Part shown: positions 17,443 to 27,558 of the stretch, piece by piece
How positions within the stretch are numbered: the first letter of the stretch is position 1
How the letters are laid out: each line of letters opens with the position of its first letter
Assembly (NCBI GenBank): GCA_964471715.1
Contig: CAYYHC010000002.1
Coordinates: 1-31,806, forward strand
Direction: 5' to 3'
Source of the DNA: an uncultured Lentimicrobiaceae bacterium
GTDB taxonomy: Bacteria > Bacteroidota > Bacteroidia > Bacteroidales > WCHB1-69
DNA length: 31,806 nt
The notes under the pieces: model-generated
Databases searched by the model: none
The model's input: the letters and a program-made list of their open reading frames with translations, nothing else
Told to the model about the DNA's origin: nothing
Program-made: the position numbers and the translations under genes

Positions 17443-18864
17443 ATGACTACCGAAAAAAAGATTTCACGATTTCAGCAACCAAGAAAACAGTGGATTAAAT
17501 GCCTCGCGTGGAGTTTATTGTACATTCTATTTATTGTTTGGGTCGATAACTTTTGGTGGTTATTTTTATTACCCTTCATTTTTGATGCATTTATTTCCCA
17601 CTATATACCATGGACATGGTGGAGAAAAACAAGAAACAAGACACTATTAAGTATTATGGGTTGGATCGATGCGGTATTTTTTGCATTGATTGCAGTGTAT
17701 TTCATCAATATCTACCTTTTCCAGAATTATCAGATTCCAAGTTCCTCACTCGAGAAGAGTTTATTGGTGGGTGATTTCTTGTTGGTTAGTAAAGCAAGTT
17801 TCGGGCCCCGTGTTCCAATTACTCCTCTTTCTTTCCCTTTGGCGCAACATACATTGCCGATTCTCAATTGCAAATCATTTATCGAGCATCCTCAATGGAA
17901 TTACCGACGTTTAAAGGGTTTTGATAAGTTGGAACGTGATGATATTGTGGTTTTCAATTTTCCAACAGGCGATACGGTCACATTGAAGGTTTCAAATCCC
18001 GATTATTACACGTTATGTTACCTGTATGGAAAAGAAACCGTTCATGGAAGAAAGGATATTTTCGGCGATTTGGTTTATCGACCTGTTGACCGCCGTGAGA
18101 ATTATGTGAAACGATGTGTCGCCATTGCCGGTGATTGGCTTCAGATAAAAGAGAATCAGGTTTTCGTAAATGGGCAAAAGCAAAAGAAAATTCCAGGAAT
18201 GCAGTTGAACTACTTTGTCCAGACTGATGGTACCTATTTGTCAAGATCACAAAAGTTAGCGTTGGGAATAAGTCATGAAGATGATTCACTGATGATAAAG
18301 AGTGGTCAAAGCCAACAACTGAATCAAATGAATGCACAACTCATCCAAGCAATCGGGTTAGACCCGCAATTGCCTGTATACCATTTTCCTTTAAATGAAG
18401 AATCATATAGAAAAATACTCAAAGTAAGAGGCGTTACAAAAATTAAAATGGAACAATCGATGAGTATGGATATGTTTCCCCTAGGTGGACAAAAAAATTG
18501 GACACGCGATAATTATGGGCCAATATGGATACCCCAAAAGGGTGTGACACTAACGCTCAATTCCTACAATTTCCCACTATACGAACGAATCATCCGGGTC
18601 TATGAGAACAACCAACTGGATGTGATAAATGGTGTTTTTTATATAAACGGTAAGCCTACAAATACGTATACATTCAAAATGAATTATTACTGGATGATGG
18701 GTGATAACCGTCATAATTCATTAGACTCTCGTTATTGGGGATTCGTGCCAGAGGATCATATTGTTGGTCGACCGGTTTTTGTGTGGCTTTCCTTAGACAA
18801 AGACAAAAGCTGGTTAACAGGTAAGATAAGGTGGAATCGTTTTTTTAAGAATGCTGAGAATTAA
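17443..18864 (+). CDS. lepB: Signal peptidase I (long Bacteroidota type)
   Basis: YQIPSSSLEKSLLVGDFLLVSK (Ser box), DIVVFNFP, YVKRCV (Lys), MMGDNRHNSLDSRYWGFVP. Confidence 0.92.
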   Translation: MTTEKKISRFQQPRKQWIKCLAWSLLYILFIVWVDNFWWLFLLPFIFDAFISHYIPWTWWRKTRNKTLLSIMGWIDAVFFALIAVYFINIYLFQNYQIPSSSLEKSLLVGDFLLVSKASFGPRVPITPLSFPLAQHTLPILNCKSFIEHPQWNYRRLKGFDKLERDDIVVFNFPTGDTVTLKVSNPDYYTLCYLYGKETVHGRKDIFGDLVYRPVDRRENYVKRCVAIAGDWLQIKENQVFVNGQKQKKIPGMQLNYFVQTDGTYLSRSQKLALGISHEDDSLMIKSGQSQQLNQMNAQLIQAIGLDPQLPVYHFPLNEESYRKILKVRGVTKIKMEQSMSMDMFPLGGQKNWTRDNYGPIWIPQKGVTLTLNSYNFPLYERIIRVYENNQLDVINGVFYINGKPTNTYTFKMNYYWMMGDNRHNSLDSRYWGFVPEDHIVGRPVFVWLSLDKDKSWLTGKIRWNRFFKNAEN

Positions 18865-18882
18865 GAAGGGAAACAAACTGCT

Positions 18883-18890
18883 TATATTTG
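18883..18890 (+). promoter_or_regulatory. Bacteroidota -7 promoter element TAnnTTTG
   Basis: TATATTTG ends 7 nt before the ATG at 18898. Confidence 0.5.
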
Positions 18891-18897
18891 TTACACG

Positions 18898-19752
18898 ATG
18901 AGTATGGGACAAGAACAGGATGCGGCGACTTTGAGAAAGCTATATGAATCAGACATAGACGCAATTATAGCAAAACGTCACGACAATGGAGATGATTTAT
19001 GGAGTACCCCTGATAAGCGGATTTATAAAGGTACCCCATTTTCAACTCTTGAATGTGTTATCATGCTTGCAGAGTTGGAATCCTATTCGAGTGCAATATT
19101 AAAGGAGGCAGGTGAATTATTGCTTAGTTTATGGCGGGATGACGGCCGATTTAGAATAGCACCCCAAGGTGCTATCTATCCATGTCATACGGCTAATGTT
19201 GCAAGAGCGTTGTGCCGTTTGGGATATGCAAATGATGAAAGGATTAAAAAGACGTTTGACCATCTGTTGAAAACTCAGCATGAAGATGGGGGGTGGCGGT
19301 GTAATACGTACAAATTCGGAAGAGGAGACGAAACTGCATTCTCGAATCCGGGAACGACCTTGGCGGTTCTGGATGCATTCAGATTTTCTCCTTTTCTTAC
19401 TAACGATGAGCGACTTGATAAAGCGGTGGAATCCTTACTAAGCCATTGGGAAACACGCAAACCTCTTGGTCCTTGTCATTATGGAATTGGTACATTATTC
19501 ATGAAAGTTGAATTCCCGTTCTTTCGCTATAATCTGTTTTTTTATGTTTACGTTTTATCATTTTACGAACGAGCTAAAAAAGATCCCAGATTCTTAGAGG
19601 CACTGAATGTGCTTACGTCTAAAACGATAGATGGAAAAATCATTATTGAAAATCCCAATAGAAGATTGGAAAACTTTTCATTCTGTAAAAAGGGGGAGCC
19701 AAGCGACCTTGCAACCAATCGCTATCTTGAAATAGTAAAACACCTTAAATAG
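18898..19752 (+). CDS. Prenyltransferase/squalene-cyclase-repeat protein
   Basis: LLKTQHEDGGW QW-type repeat; WRDDGRF. Confidence 0.65.
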   Translation: MSMGQEQDAATLRKLYESDIDAIIAKRHDNGDDLWSTPDKRIYKGTPFSTLECVIMLAELESYSSAILKEAGELLLSLWRDDGRFRIAPQGAIYPCHTANVARALCRLGYANDERIKKTFDHLLKTQHEDGGWRCNTYKFGRGDETAFSNPGTTLAVLDAFRFSPFLTNDERLDKAVESLLSHWETRKPLGPCHYGIGTLFMKVEFPFFRYNLFFYVYVLSFYERAKKDPRFLEALNVLTSKTIDGKIIIENPNRRLENFSFCKKGEPSDLATNRYLEIVKHLK

Positions 19753-19908
19753 ATGGATGTTACTATTGAATTCTTGTGATGCATTTTTCCATGCAAACGG
19801 AATTGTTGGTTGAAAAACCTGGCTATGAACCACGTTCAATTTTTTGACTCTTATGTTCGTATTGTTCTTCTGGATACTATTTATCTTTAAACAAGATTGG
19901 AATACATA

Positions 19909-20235
19909 ATGAATTGGTTGATTTTAGTAATGGCAGGATTCTTTGAAGTGGCTTTTGCTTTCTGTTTAGGAAAAGCAAAAGAGGCAGCAGGGATTGAAAT
20001 GTATTTATGGTATACAGGCTTTCTAATTGCAATTGCATGTAGTATGGGACTTTTAATTAAGGCAACGCAGACCTTGCCAATTGGGACGGCATATGCTGTT
20101 TGGACAGGAATTGGAGCAGTCGGGACGGTTCTGGTCGGTATTTTTGTGTTCAAAGAGCCTGCAACCTTTCTTCGATTACTTTTTCTGACAACGTTAATTT
20201 GTTCTATTGTAGGACTAAAAGTAGTTTCACAATAA
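19909..20235 (+). CDS. SMR/DMT-family efflux transporter (SugE/Gdx-like)
   Basis: Four TM segments; AGFFEV with conserved Glu; LPIGTAYAVWTGIG. Confidence 0.9.
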   Translation: MNWLILVMAGFFEVAFAFCLGKAKEAAGIEMYLWYTGFLIAIACSMGLLIKATQTLPIGTAYAVWTGIGAVGTVLVGIFVFKEPATFLRLLFLTTLICSIVGLKVVSQ

Positions 20236-20292
20236 AGAGTATGGGTCAATTATTATTCAGTTTACACGAAAAGTATATAACCAGTTATAACC

Positions 20293-20730
20293 ATGGAAAA
20301 GAATAAATCAATCAATAAGAAACGTATTGGAACGATTGTTGCCATAATTGTATTAGGCCTTTCCTATTTTGCGGTTCAACAACTCTTTTTTAAAGAGCCA
20401 TCGTTTGACAAGGAAATTGAGCATGCCTCAATTGAATTAAATAAAGAGTGTCCCATGATGGTTGACCCAAATACACGTTTGGATAATGCTGAGGCTTTAC
20501 CGGGGAGAAAGATCAAATACAATTACACGTTGGTGGAATTGGAGAAGTCTGAGATCAATCTGGATACGGTAACGAAATACGTTGAACCGGGAATTGTAAA
20601 CAACATAAAAACCAATCAGGAAATGGCATTATATCGTGACAACAACACAACTTTCATTTATAATTATAAGGACAAGAATGGCCTGTTTGTCTATGAGTTT
20701 ACGGTAACACCTGAAATGTATAAAGAATAG
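20293..20730 (+). CDS. Membrane-anchored hypothetical protein
   Basis: Single N-terminal TM segment; CPMMVDPNTRLD pattern. Confidence 0.65.
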   Translation: MEKNKSINKKRIGTIVAIIVLGLSYFAVQQLFFKEPSFDKEIEHASIELNKECPMMVDPNTRLDNAEALPGRKIKYNYTLVELEKSEINLDTVTKYVEPGIVNNIKTNQEMALYRDNNTTFIYNYKDKNGLFVYEFTVTPEMYKE

Positions 20731-20819
20731 GGTCTCTAACGTTTTTTTCTGATTTTTCAAAACAAATGAATAAAAGAGATGTTATACTGGAATAATCTGA
20801 TACGTTAATCTGCAAAAAA

Positions 20820-21215
20820 ATGAAAACAGTTAAACTATTGACAGTCATTGGAGTTGTTGCACTGATGACATCGTGCTCCTCCACGGAAAAATTTCCTGTT
20901 TCCCAGGTAACTCCTGCTGCAGATATTTCAGCAAGAATCCAGAAACAGGGTAAACCAAACTATTTGGTTACACTAGTAGCAAACAACTTGGCGGCATCCG
21001 AAAGATTAACTCCACCTAAGAAATTATACGTGATTTGGGCCGTGTCTGATTCAGGTATTACAAGAAATGTAGGACACTTTACTCAGAAAAATGCAGTTAA
21101 ATCAACCTATAAAGCTTCTTTCCCCTATCAGCCTGTTGAAGTATTTATAACAGCAGAAGATGAAGAAGGTGCTTGCTCACCTGCAGGAATTGAAATCTCT
21201 AGGGTTTCATTCTGA
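20820..21215 (+). CDS. Hypothetical lipoprotein
   Basis: ALMTSC lipobox. Confidence 0.75.
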   Translation: MKTVKLLTVIGVVALMTSCSSTEKFPVSQVTPAADISARIQKQGKPNYLVTLVANNLAASERLTPPKKLYVIWAVSDSGITRNVGHFTQKNAVKSTYKASFPYQPVEVFITAEDEEGACSPAGIEISRVSF

Positions 21216-21245
21216 TTGCCATATGAAGGAAGTGAATATAGAATA

Positions 21246-21608
21246 ATGAAAATGGATATTGAGGAAATTAGGGCCTACTGTTTGTCAAAGATGGGTGTTT
21301 CAGAATGCCTGCCATTTGATGATACCAGTTTGGTTTTTAAAGTTGCAGACAAAATGTTTGCTTTACTTGATCTTTCAGAAGAGAATAGGGGCATCAGTCT
21401 AAAATGTGATCCTGATTTGGCGATAGAATTGCGCGAACAGTATGCAGAGGTAACTCCTGCTTATCATTTTAACAAAAAGCACTGGAATGGAGTTGATTTA
21501 TCGGGTACTATTGCTCCAGAACAGTTAAAGCAATGGATTGACCATGCCTACTTGATTACGTTCTTAAATCTGACTAAGAAAAAACAGGAAGAATTGAGAT
21601 CAACATAA
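21246..21608 (+). CDS. MmcQ/YjbR-family DNA-binding protein
   Basis: VFKVADKMFA, LKCDPDLAIELRE, PAYHFNKKHWN. Confidence 0.9.
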   Translation: MKMDIEEIRAYCLSKMGVSECLPFDDTSLVFKVADKMFALLDLSEENRGISLKCDPDLAIELREQYAEVTPAYHFNKKHWNGVDLSGTIAPEQLKQWIDHAYLITFLNLTKKKQEELRST

Positions 21609-21695
21609 TTGTGAAACACAGTTATCAAACTTCTTGTAAAAAACTATTCAACTGATTATAAAAAGGATGACGGGAATAAGTCAGCGAGTTAAAAC

Positions 21696-22493
21696 ATGGT
21701 GCAGCTACTCAGGACTAGACTAAATGAATTAGCTGCTTTACGTAGCGCCTATTTCAAATCACTTCCTTGTTTTCAGGAGTTGTATATGGAAATGCTGGTC
21801 AATGATTCACATTGTTACCGGATTGTCATGAATCAACGTGATGTGGGTTATTTTATACTAACATCGTCGAACATCCTGGTTGAGTTTTATCTGGTGGATG
21901 CATATGTGCCGAACAGTGAAGGGATCTTTCAGACCATTATTCGCGATCATTCCATCCATACAATTTATTGCAAGTCCTTTGACGCCTTGTTGTTGGATTG
22001 CTGCTTGCAACAGGCTGTCAGTCATCAGGCTATTGGCTGCTTATTTCGGGATTATTACTCAACAAACGATTATTCCTTGAATGGATTGAACAGTCGGTTT
22101 GCAACACTGGCTGATTACTCGTTCCTGCTTCAACAGAAAGATGGCTTGTATGAGACTCCTGAGGAATTGCATCAATTTGTCAGTGGCAGAAATGTTCTTA
22201 TGTACATGAATAATGAGGACTTATATGGCTGTGGATATTTGATTCAAGTCCATCCGGAGTGGGATTATTACGACATTGGCATGTGGGTCAATCCCAGGTT
22301 TCGAAAGCAAGGCATAGCCACCGGCATCATTTCCGACTTAAAGCAACGGTGTTTGCAAAACAATTGGATTCCTATTTGTGGTTGTGCGTATGAAAATACG
22401 GCATCCCGTAAGACATTGGAGAAAAATGGCTTTGTGAGTAGGTACAAGTTGGTTGAATTTAATTTATCTTACGAGTATGCGCTAACAACATAA
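21696..22493 (+). CDS. GNAT-family acetyltransferase (C-terminal GNAT domain)
   Basis: DIGMWVNPRFRKQGIA; NTASRKTLEKNGF. Confidence 0.8.
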   Translation: MVQLLRTRLNELAALRSAYFKSLPCFQELYMEMLVNDSHCYRIVMNQRDVGYFILTSSNILVEFYLVDAYVPNSEGIFQTIIRDHSIHTIYCKSFDALLLDCCLQQAVSHQAIGCLFRDYYSTNDYSLNGLNSRFATLADYSFLLQQKDGLYETPEELHQFVSGRNVLMYMNNEDLYGCGYLIQVHPEWDYYDIGMWVNPRFRKQGIATGIISDLKQRCLQNNWIPICGCAYENTASRKTLEKNGFVSRYKLVEFNLSYEYALTT

Positions 22494-22497
22494 GCGA

Positions 22498-23172
22498 ATG
22501 AAACCGAATACGTACATTATTTTTGATTTCGATGGAACGATTGCTGACACGATTGATCTTGTACTCACCATCTACAACAGAATCGCATCGAAATACGCGT
22601 GTAAACCCGTACGTGACGAGGATAAGAAAGGAATAAGCCTACTGCAAACGAAAGAAGTGCTCGAAACATACGGAATCACAAAGTTGAAACTTTTGTTGTT
22701 GTTGCTCCGAATTCGAAAAGAAATGGGTAAGCGGATGTCTTCCATTACACCGGTTGAAGGTATAAAAGAATCGTTTCAGGCATTGAAAAACAACGGATTC
22801 AGTCTGGGGATACTAACCTCAAACTCAACATCAAATGTCAGTATATTCGTGGAAAACAATGGAATAGCTGAAATGGTTGATTTCATTTACAGTGGAAGAA
22901 GCCTTTTTGGTAAAGATAAAGTGATGGCCCACATGTTTGAAAAAGAAAAAATCTCAAAAAACGACGTTATTTATGTGGGTGATGAGAAACGAGATATTGA
23001 AGCGTGTAAAAAAGTGGGCGTTCCGATTATAGCCGTCAGCTGGGGAATCAGCGATTACAACACATTGGAAACGCTGCAACCCGATTGCATTGCTCGAACT
23101 CCGGCGGATTTGTTATCTTGCGTCCATCAACTGACCGATGCCAATACAACCCGATTGCCCATCGTAACATGA
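22498..23172 (+). CDS. HAD-family hydrolase (phosphoglycolate phosphatase-like)
   Basis: FDFDGTIADT motif I; ILTSN; YVGDEKRD. Confidence 0.9.
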   Translation: MKPNTYIIFDFDGTIADTIDLVLTIYNRIASKYACKPVRDEDKKGISLLQTKEVLETYGITKLKLLLLLLRIRKEMGKRMSSITPVEGIKESFQALKNNGFSLGILTSNSTSNVSIFVENNGIAEMVDFIYSGRSLFGKDKVMAHMFEKEKISKNDVIYVGDEKRDIEACKKVGVPIIAVSWGISDYNTLETLQPDCIARTPADLLSCVHQLTDANTTRLPIVT

Positions 23173-23186
23173 AAAAAAACATTTGA

Positions 23187-23891
23187 ATGAAAAAAGCAAG
23201 TTGGATATGCCTGTTCCAGTTCGTTGTTTCGGTAAGTTTTGGCCAAACAAATGCTGTCACCATCATTGAATCGGATGGTATAGTAACGGAAATAGGTAAA
23301 GAGGAAAAGACTGAAAGCAGGATAATAGAAAGGCCTGCTAACCGAAATGCCTATATTTCAAAGGATATATTTGGAAACACAGTCATAAAAGATAGAAAAG
23401 GCCGTACAATTAAATCCATTGAAAAAGATATTTTTGGCAATACCATTATCAAGGATGGCAATGGCCATACCATCAAATCGATTGAAAAAGATATTTTTGG
23501 TAATACGGTCGTGAAAGACGGACACGGCCACACCATTAAATCCATTGAGAAAGATATATTCGGCAATATTGAGATTAAGGATGGAAATAGGCATACCGTC
23601 AAATCAATAGAAAAAGATATCTTTGGAAATACCGTAATCAAAGATGGTGACGGCCATACATTGATATCTATCGGAGAAGATATTTTTGGCGTCTACATTG
23701 TAAAGGATATTGAAGGGAATATCATTCTTAGTCTTTTAAAGGATCATGTTTCAAATAAACTGATTATCAAAGATGGGCCTAACAACAAGATGGATGACTA
23801 CCTTGATGAGGTGTTGAATTTCAGAAAGGACGATTACTCATTTGATTTGTTAATCATGGAGCAACTATTGAACAGTGTACAAAATCAATGA
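23187..23891 (+). CDS. Exported protein with 21-aa tandem repeats
   Basis: Signal peptide; six IEKDIFGNTVIKDGNGHTIKS-type repeats. Confidence 0.75.
   Translation: MKKASWICLFQFVVSVSFGQTNAVTIIESDGIVTEIGKEEKTESRIIERPANRNAYISKDIFGNTVIKDRKGRTIKSIEKDIFGNTIIKDGNGHTIKSIEKDIFGNTVVKDGHGHTIKSIEKDIFGNIEIKDGNRHTVKSIEKDIFGNTVIKDGDGHTLISIGEDIFGVYIVKDIEGNIILSLLKDHVSNKLIIKDGPNNKMDDYLDEVLNFRKDDYSFDLLIMEQLLNSVQNQ
23355..23732 (+). repeat. Intragenic 63-bp tandem repeat, 6 copies
   Basis: Repeated aaagatat(a/t/c)tt(t/c)gg...aatac units; last copy degenerate. Confidence 0.9.
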
Positions 23892-23948
23892 AAGACCATT
23901 TGTTTGTGTGGCTGGTAGCCGGAAGTTTACGTATGACTTGTATAACAA

Positions 23949-24443
23949 TTAAGGCTCAAGGTTTTTGAGCAAATACAATTGGGCGCAGGCCCTTGCATCG
24001 CTCAACGCTTCGTGGTGGTTGAGTGAGATGCCCATACGCTCGCAGCAGACAGCCAGGTTGGCCGGTCGGAAGCCTTTGGCGCGGTAAATGCGGCAGGTAC
24101 ATTCCCACCGGTGCGGCAGGTCAAGGTCGTCATAATCCAACCCATTATCCATCATGCTTCGGAGGAGTACACTGCGATCAAAGCTTTCGTTGTGGGCAAC
24201 CACCACCCTGCTTCTCAGCCGCGCCCGGATTTCAGGGTAGATGTCAGCAAACGTCGGGGCGTGTTCGGTATCTTCGGGATGGATGCCATGTACCTGGATG
24301 GTAAACCAACTGTAGCGGTTGGCCGGTGGCCGAATCAGGGTGCTGAACTCATCAACTACCACCCCGTTTTCCACGCATACGATGCCCACGGCACAAATAT
24401 GGTGGTCGATGGCAGTTTCGAAGTCGATAGCGGTGAAAGTCAT
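23949..24443 (-). CDS. DEDDh 3'-5' exonuclease (DNA polymerase III epsilon-like)
   Basis: IDFETA (Exo I), VAHNESFD (Exo II), HHEALSDA (Exo III). Confidence 0.9.
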   Translation of the reverse strand: MTFTAIDFETAIDHHICAVGIVCVENGVVVDEFSTLIRPPANRYSWFTIQVHGIHPEDTEHAPTFADIYPEIRARLRSRVVVAHNESFDRSVLLRSMMDNGLDYDDLDLPHRWECTCRIYRAKGFRPANLAVCCERMGISLNHHEALSDARACAQLYLLKNLEP

Positions 24444-24465
24444 GTGAAATTGCACGTATTTTTGA

Positions 24466-24473
24466 CAAAGATA
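24466..24473 (-). promoter_or_regulatory. Bacteroidota -7 promoter element for the exonuclease gene
   Basis: Minus-strand TATCTTTG 23 nt upstream of the ATG. Confidence 0.55.
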
Positions 24474-24523
24474 GAAAAAATGAAGGGTATGATAATGTGC
24501 GATTTTAATTGTACTTTTAGACA

Positions 24524-25384
24524 ATGAAACGAGTAGCTATACATATTGTTAGGGGCAGGCATGCGATAGATGGTGCCGGTGTACGGTTACGGAGGGTGTT
24601 GGGTCTGAATACCGTCCGGGAGTTTGACCCGTTTCTGATGCTGGACGGCTTTGATTCAACCGACCCGAATGATTACATCAAGGGCTTTCCCTGGCATCCG
24701 CACAGGGGTATTGAAACCATCACGTATTTGCTGAAAGGCACCGTTGAACACGGTGACAGCCTGGGAAATAATGGCATTATTGGTGAATTGGAATGTCAAT
24801 GGATGACAGCCGGTTCCGGTATCATTCACCAGGAAATGCCCAAAGCTTCCGAGCGTATGCTGGGATGCCAACTGTGGGTTAATTTACCGGCCAAGTACAA
24901 GATGACCCATCCAGCTTACGGCGATATTACCAGTGAAAAGATAACGTTGGTGGAGGAAGAAAACGCAACCATCCGTATACTGGCCGGCACCTACAAAGGT
25001 AAAACGGGTGTTTTTACGGGGAAATTTGTGGCCGTTACCTATCTGGATATCAATTTGGCACCCAATACGACCTGGAGCTATGCTGAAACGCCAAATTTAG
25101 AGACACTGTTCATTTATCTGTTGGATGGAACGCTGGCTGTCAACGAGGATTTATCGGATTTCGAAGCCAAATCGTGTGCTGTTTTGTTTGCTGCCCACGA
25201 TAAAACAGCGGCCGAAAACGATGCCGTTGTTGTACGTTCAGGAAACGAGGGCGCACGATTTGTCTTATTGGCCGCATTACCGTTGAACGAACCGGTAGCC
25301 TGGGGTGGCCCCATCGTCATGAACACGGAGGAAGAACTGGAGCTGGCGTTTGAGGAATTGGAAATGGGCACATTCATAAAATAA
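24524..25384 (+). CDS. Pirin-family protein
   Basis: DPFLMLD, WHPHRGIETITY, QWMTAGSGIIHQE, GGPIVMNT. Confidence 0.93.
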   Translation: MKRVAIHIVRGRHAIDGAGVRLRRVLGLNTVREFDPFLMLDGFDSTDPNDYIKGFPWHPHRGIETITYLLKGTVEHGDSLGNNGIIGELECQWMTAGSGIIHQEMPKASERMLGCQLWVNLPAKYKMTHPAYGDITSEKITLVEEENATIRILAGTYKGKTGVFTGKFVAVTYLDINLAPNTTWSYAETPNLETLFIYLLDGTLAVNEDLSDFEAKSCAVLFAAHDKTAAENDAVVVRSGNEGARFVLLAALPLNEPVAWGGPIVMNTEEELELAFEELEMGTFIK

Positions 25385-25398
25385 ACGAACGAAAATTC

Positions 25399-27534
25399 AT
25401 GAATATGTTGCTTAAACAAGTAGTATGGGTGGTCCTGATGGCTGTTTCGGTTACCGTGTGCTACGCGCAAGTAAACGCACCGGCACCCTGCGGACCCATT
25501 CCTACGGAAAACCAATTGCGGTGGCAGGAAATGGAGTATTATGCGTTCATCCACTTTTCAACCAACACGTTTACTGATCAGGAGTGGGGCTACGGGGAGG
25601 CTGATGATGCGAAGCTGTTTAATCCGACTCAGTTGGATTGCGACCAGTGGGCCCGCGTGTGCAAAGAAGCAGGCATGAAAGGCGTCATCGTTACTGCCAA
25701 ACACCATTCGGGTTTTTGTTTGTGGCCTACCGAAACCACCGATTATTCTGTGAAAAACTGCCCCTGGAAAAATGGGAAAGGCGATATTGTGGGTGATTTG
25801 GCCAAGGCCTGCAAAAAATACGGACTGAAACTGGGTATCTACATTTCTCCCTGGGACAGGAACAATGCCAGTTATGGTGTTGTGAACAACGATGGCAGTT
25901 CCCCTTATGTACAGAACGTGTTTCGCAAGCAAATTGAGGAATGCCTCACCCGTTACGGAGATATTTATGAAATTTGGTTTGACGGGGCCAACGGAGGCGA
26001 CGGGTATTACGGAGGGGCGCGCACTTCCCGCAGGATCGATCGCAAAACGTATTACGACTGGCCCAACACGTATAGCATGATCCGGAAACTTCAACCCAAC
26101 TGTGTTATTTGGAACGACAACGGTGACAGAGCCGATCTGCGTTGGGTGGGTACCGAAGCCGGTTACGTGGGCGAAACCAACTGGAGTATGCTGTACAAAA
26201 CCGGAGATGTACCCGAGAACTGGCTACGATATGGCGTTGAAGACGGAGATGCCTGGGTGCCGGGCGAGGTGAACACTTCCATTCGTCCGGGTTGGTTTTA
26301 CCACGAAAACGAAGACCGCCTTGGGAAGAAACTTCCCAAGTTGATGGAAACATACTATAAATCCATCGGTAGAAACGGAACATTCCTGCTCAATTTCCCC
26401 ATTGATAAACGTGGTCTGATTCATGAAAACGATGAGAATGAGGTTGTTTTATTTGCAAAGGCAGTAAAAGAAGCGTTTGCCGTCAACCTGGCTCCAAAAG
26501 CGACCGTTACAGTTTCCAATACCCGGGGCAATAGCAAGCGATTTGGAGCAGCACAGGTAACGGACGGAAAAAAAGACACCTATTGGGCAACGGACGATTC
26601 GGTTAAGGCGGCGTCGTTGACCTTCGATTTCGGTAAACCTCAGTTGATGAACCGTTTTCTTGTGCAGGAAGCCATTCAACTGGGTCAACGGGTGAAAGCC
26701 TTTACCCTCGATGCGTTCATCAACGGGAAATGGGTCAAACTGAAAGACCAGCTGGTTTCAACCGGTGAAGGAACAACCACGATTGGCTACAAGCGGATTA
26801 TTTGTTTTTCAACCGTTCAAGCGAGCAAACTGCGCTTTACCGTCACCGATTCGAAAGCCTGTTTGGCTATCTCCAACATTGAAGTGTACAATGCCCCTCA
26901 ACTGTTGATGCCACCTTCCATCATGCGTCAAAAGTCAGGTGACATCCTGATTACAGCCGCCGACAAGGAATCAGCTATTTATTATTCACTGGATGGTTCA
27001 AATCCCGATCCGACATCGCGCAAATACACCGGACCGATTGTCACCGATGGGGGAAAGGTAGCTGTCAGAGCTGTTGCCTATGAGGCCTCAACCCGGAAAA
27101 GTAGTACCTTTGCCGAAGAATCGTTCGATGTGGCAAAAAATGACTGGGTGGTGCTTGGCTCAACCGACCGCAGAGCCGGCGATGCCATTGATGGCAATCC
27201 CGCCACGGACTGGACTCAGGAACGGAACCTAAAAATGCCCATTGACCTGGTAATTGATTTGGGTAAGTTTGAAAACCTGGCCGGATTCAGGTATCTGCCT
27301 TCCCAGTCTCGCCAAGTGGGCATCATCACACATTACCAGTTTTATACGTCCAGCGACAACGAAAACTGGAAACTATCCGACGAGGGCGAATTCTCGAACA
27401 TTCGTAACAATCCGCTGTGGCAATCCAAACGGTTTGACACGGTTCGTACCCGATATATTAAACTGAGGTCACTGAATAATACGCAGGGCAACAATGCGGC
27501 CTGCTATGCAGAGATTGATATCATAACCAAATAA
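25399..27534 (+). CDS. Alpha-L-fucosidase (GH29) with F5/8-type C domains
   Basis: TAKHHSGFCLWP, YISPWD, EIWFDGA; C-terminal discoidin-like domains and a YYSLDGSNP Fn3-associated module. Confidence 0.92.
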   Translation: MNMLLKQVVWVVLMAVSVTVCYAQVNAPAPCGPIPTENQLRWQEMEYYAFIHFSTNTFTDQEWGYGEADDAKLFNPTQLDCDQWARVCKEAGMKGVIVTAKHHSGFCLWPTETTDYSVKNCPWKNGKGDIVGDLAKACKKYGLKLGIYISPWDRNNASYGVVNNDGSSPYVQNVFRKQIEECLTRYGDIYEIWFDGANGGDGYYGGARTSRRIDRKTYYDWPNTYSMIRKLQPNCVIWNDNGDRADLRWVGTEAGYVGETNWSMLYKTGDVPENWLRYGVEDGDAWVPGEVNTSIRPGWFYHENEDRLGKKLPKLMETYYKSIGRNGTFLLNFPIDKRGLIHENDENEVVLFAKAVKEAFAVNLAPKATVTVSNTRGNSKRFGAAQVTDGKKDTYWATDDSVKAASLTFDFGKPQLMNRFLVQEAIQLGQRVKAFTLDAFINGKWVKLKDQLVSTGEGTTTIGYKRIICFSTVQASKLRFTVTDSKACLAISNIEVYNAPQLLMPPSIMRQKSGDILITAADKESAIYYSLDGSNPDPTSRKYTGPIVTDGGKVAVRAVAYEASTRKSSTFAEESFDVAKNDWVVLGSTDRRAGDAIDGNPATDWTQERNLKMPIDLVIDLGKFENLAGFRYLPSQSRQVGIITHYQFYTSSDNENWKLSDEGEFSNIRNNPLWQSKRFDTVRTRYIKLRSLNNTQGNNAACYAEIDIITK

Positions 27535-27558
27535 GGCTTCATCATAACAAACAATACT

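Noticed and set aside
19753-19908. Guanidine riboswitch upstream of the SugE-like gene
   Set aside because: No paired ACG(A/G)-loop hairpins or other recognisable aptamer were seen.
20732-20740. gtctctaac after a stop codon as an attC left core
   Set aside because: No L boxes or GTT partner follow, and there is no complementary upstream end.
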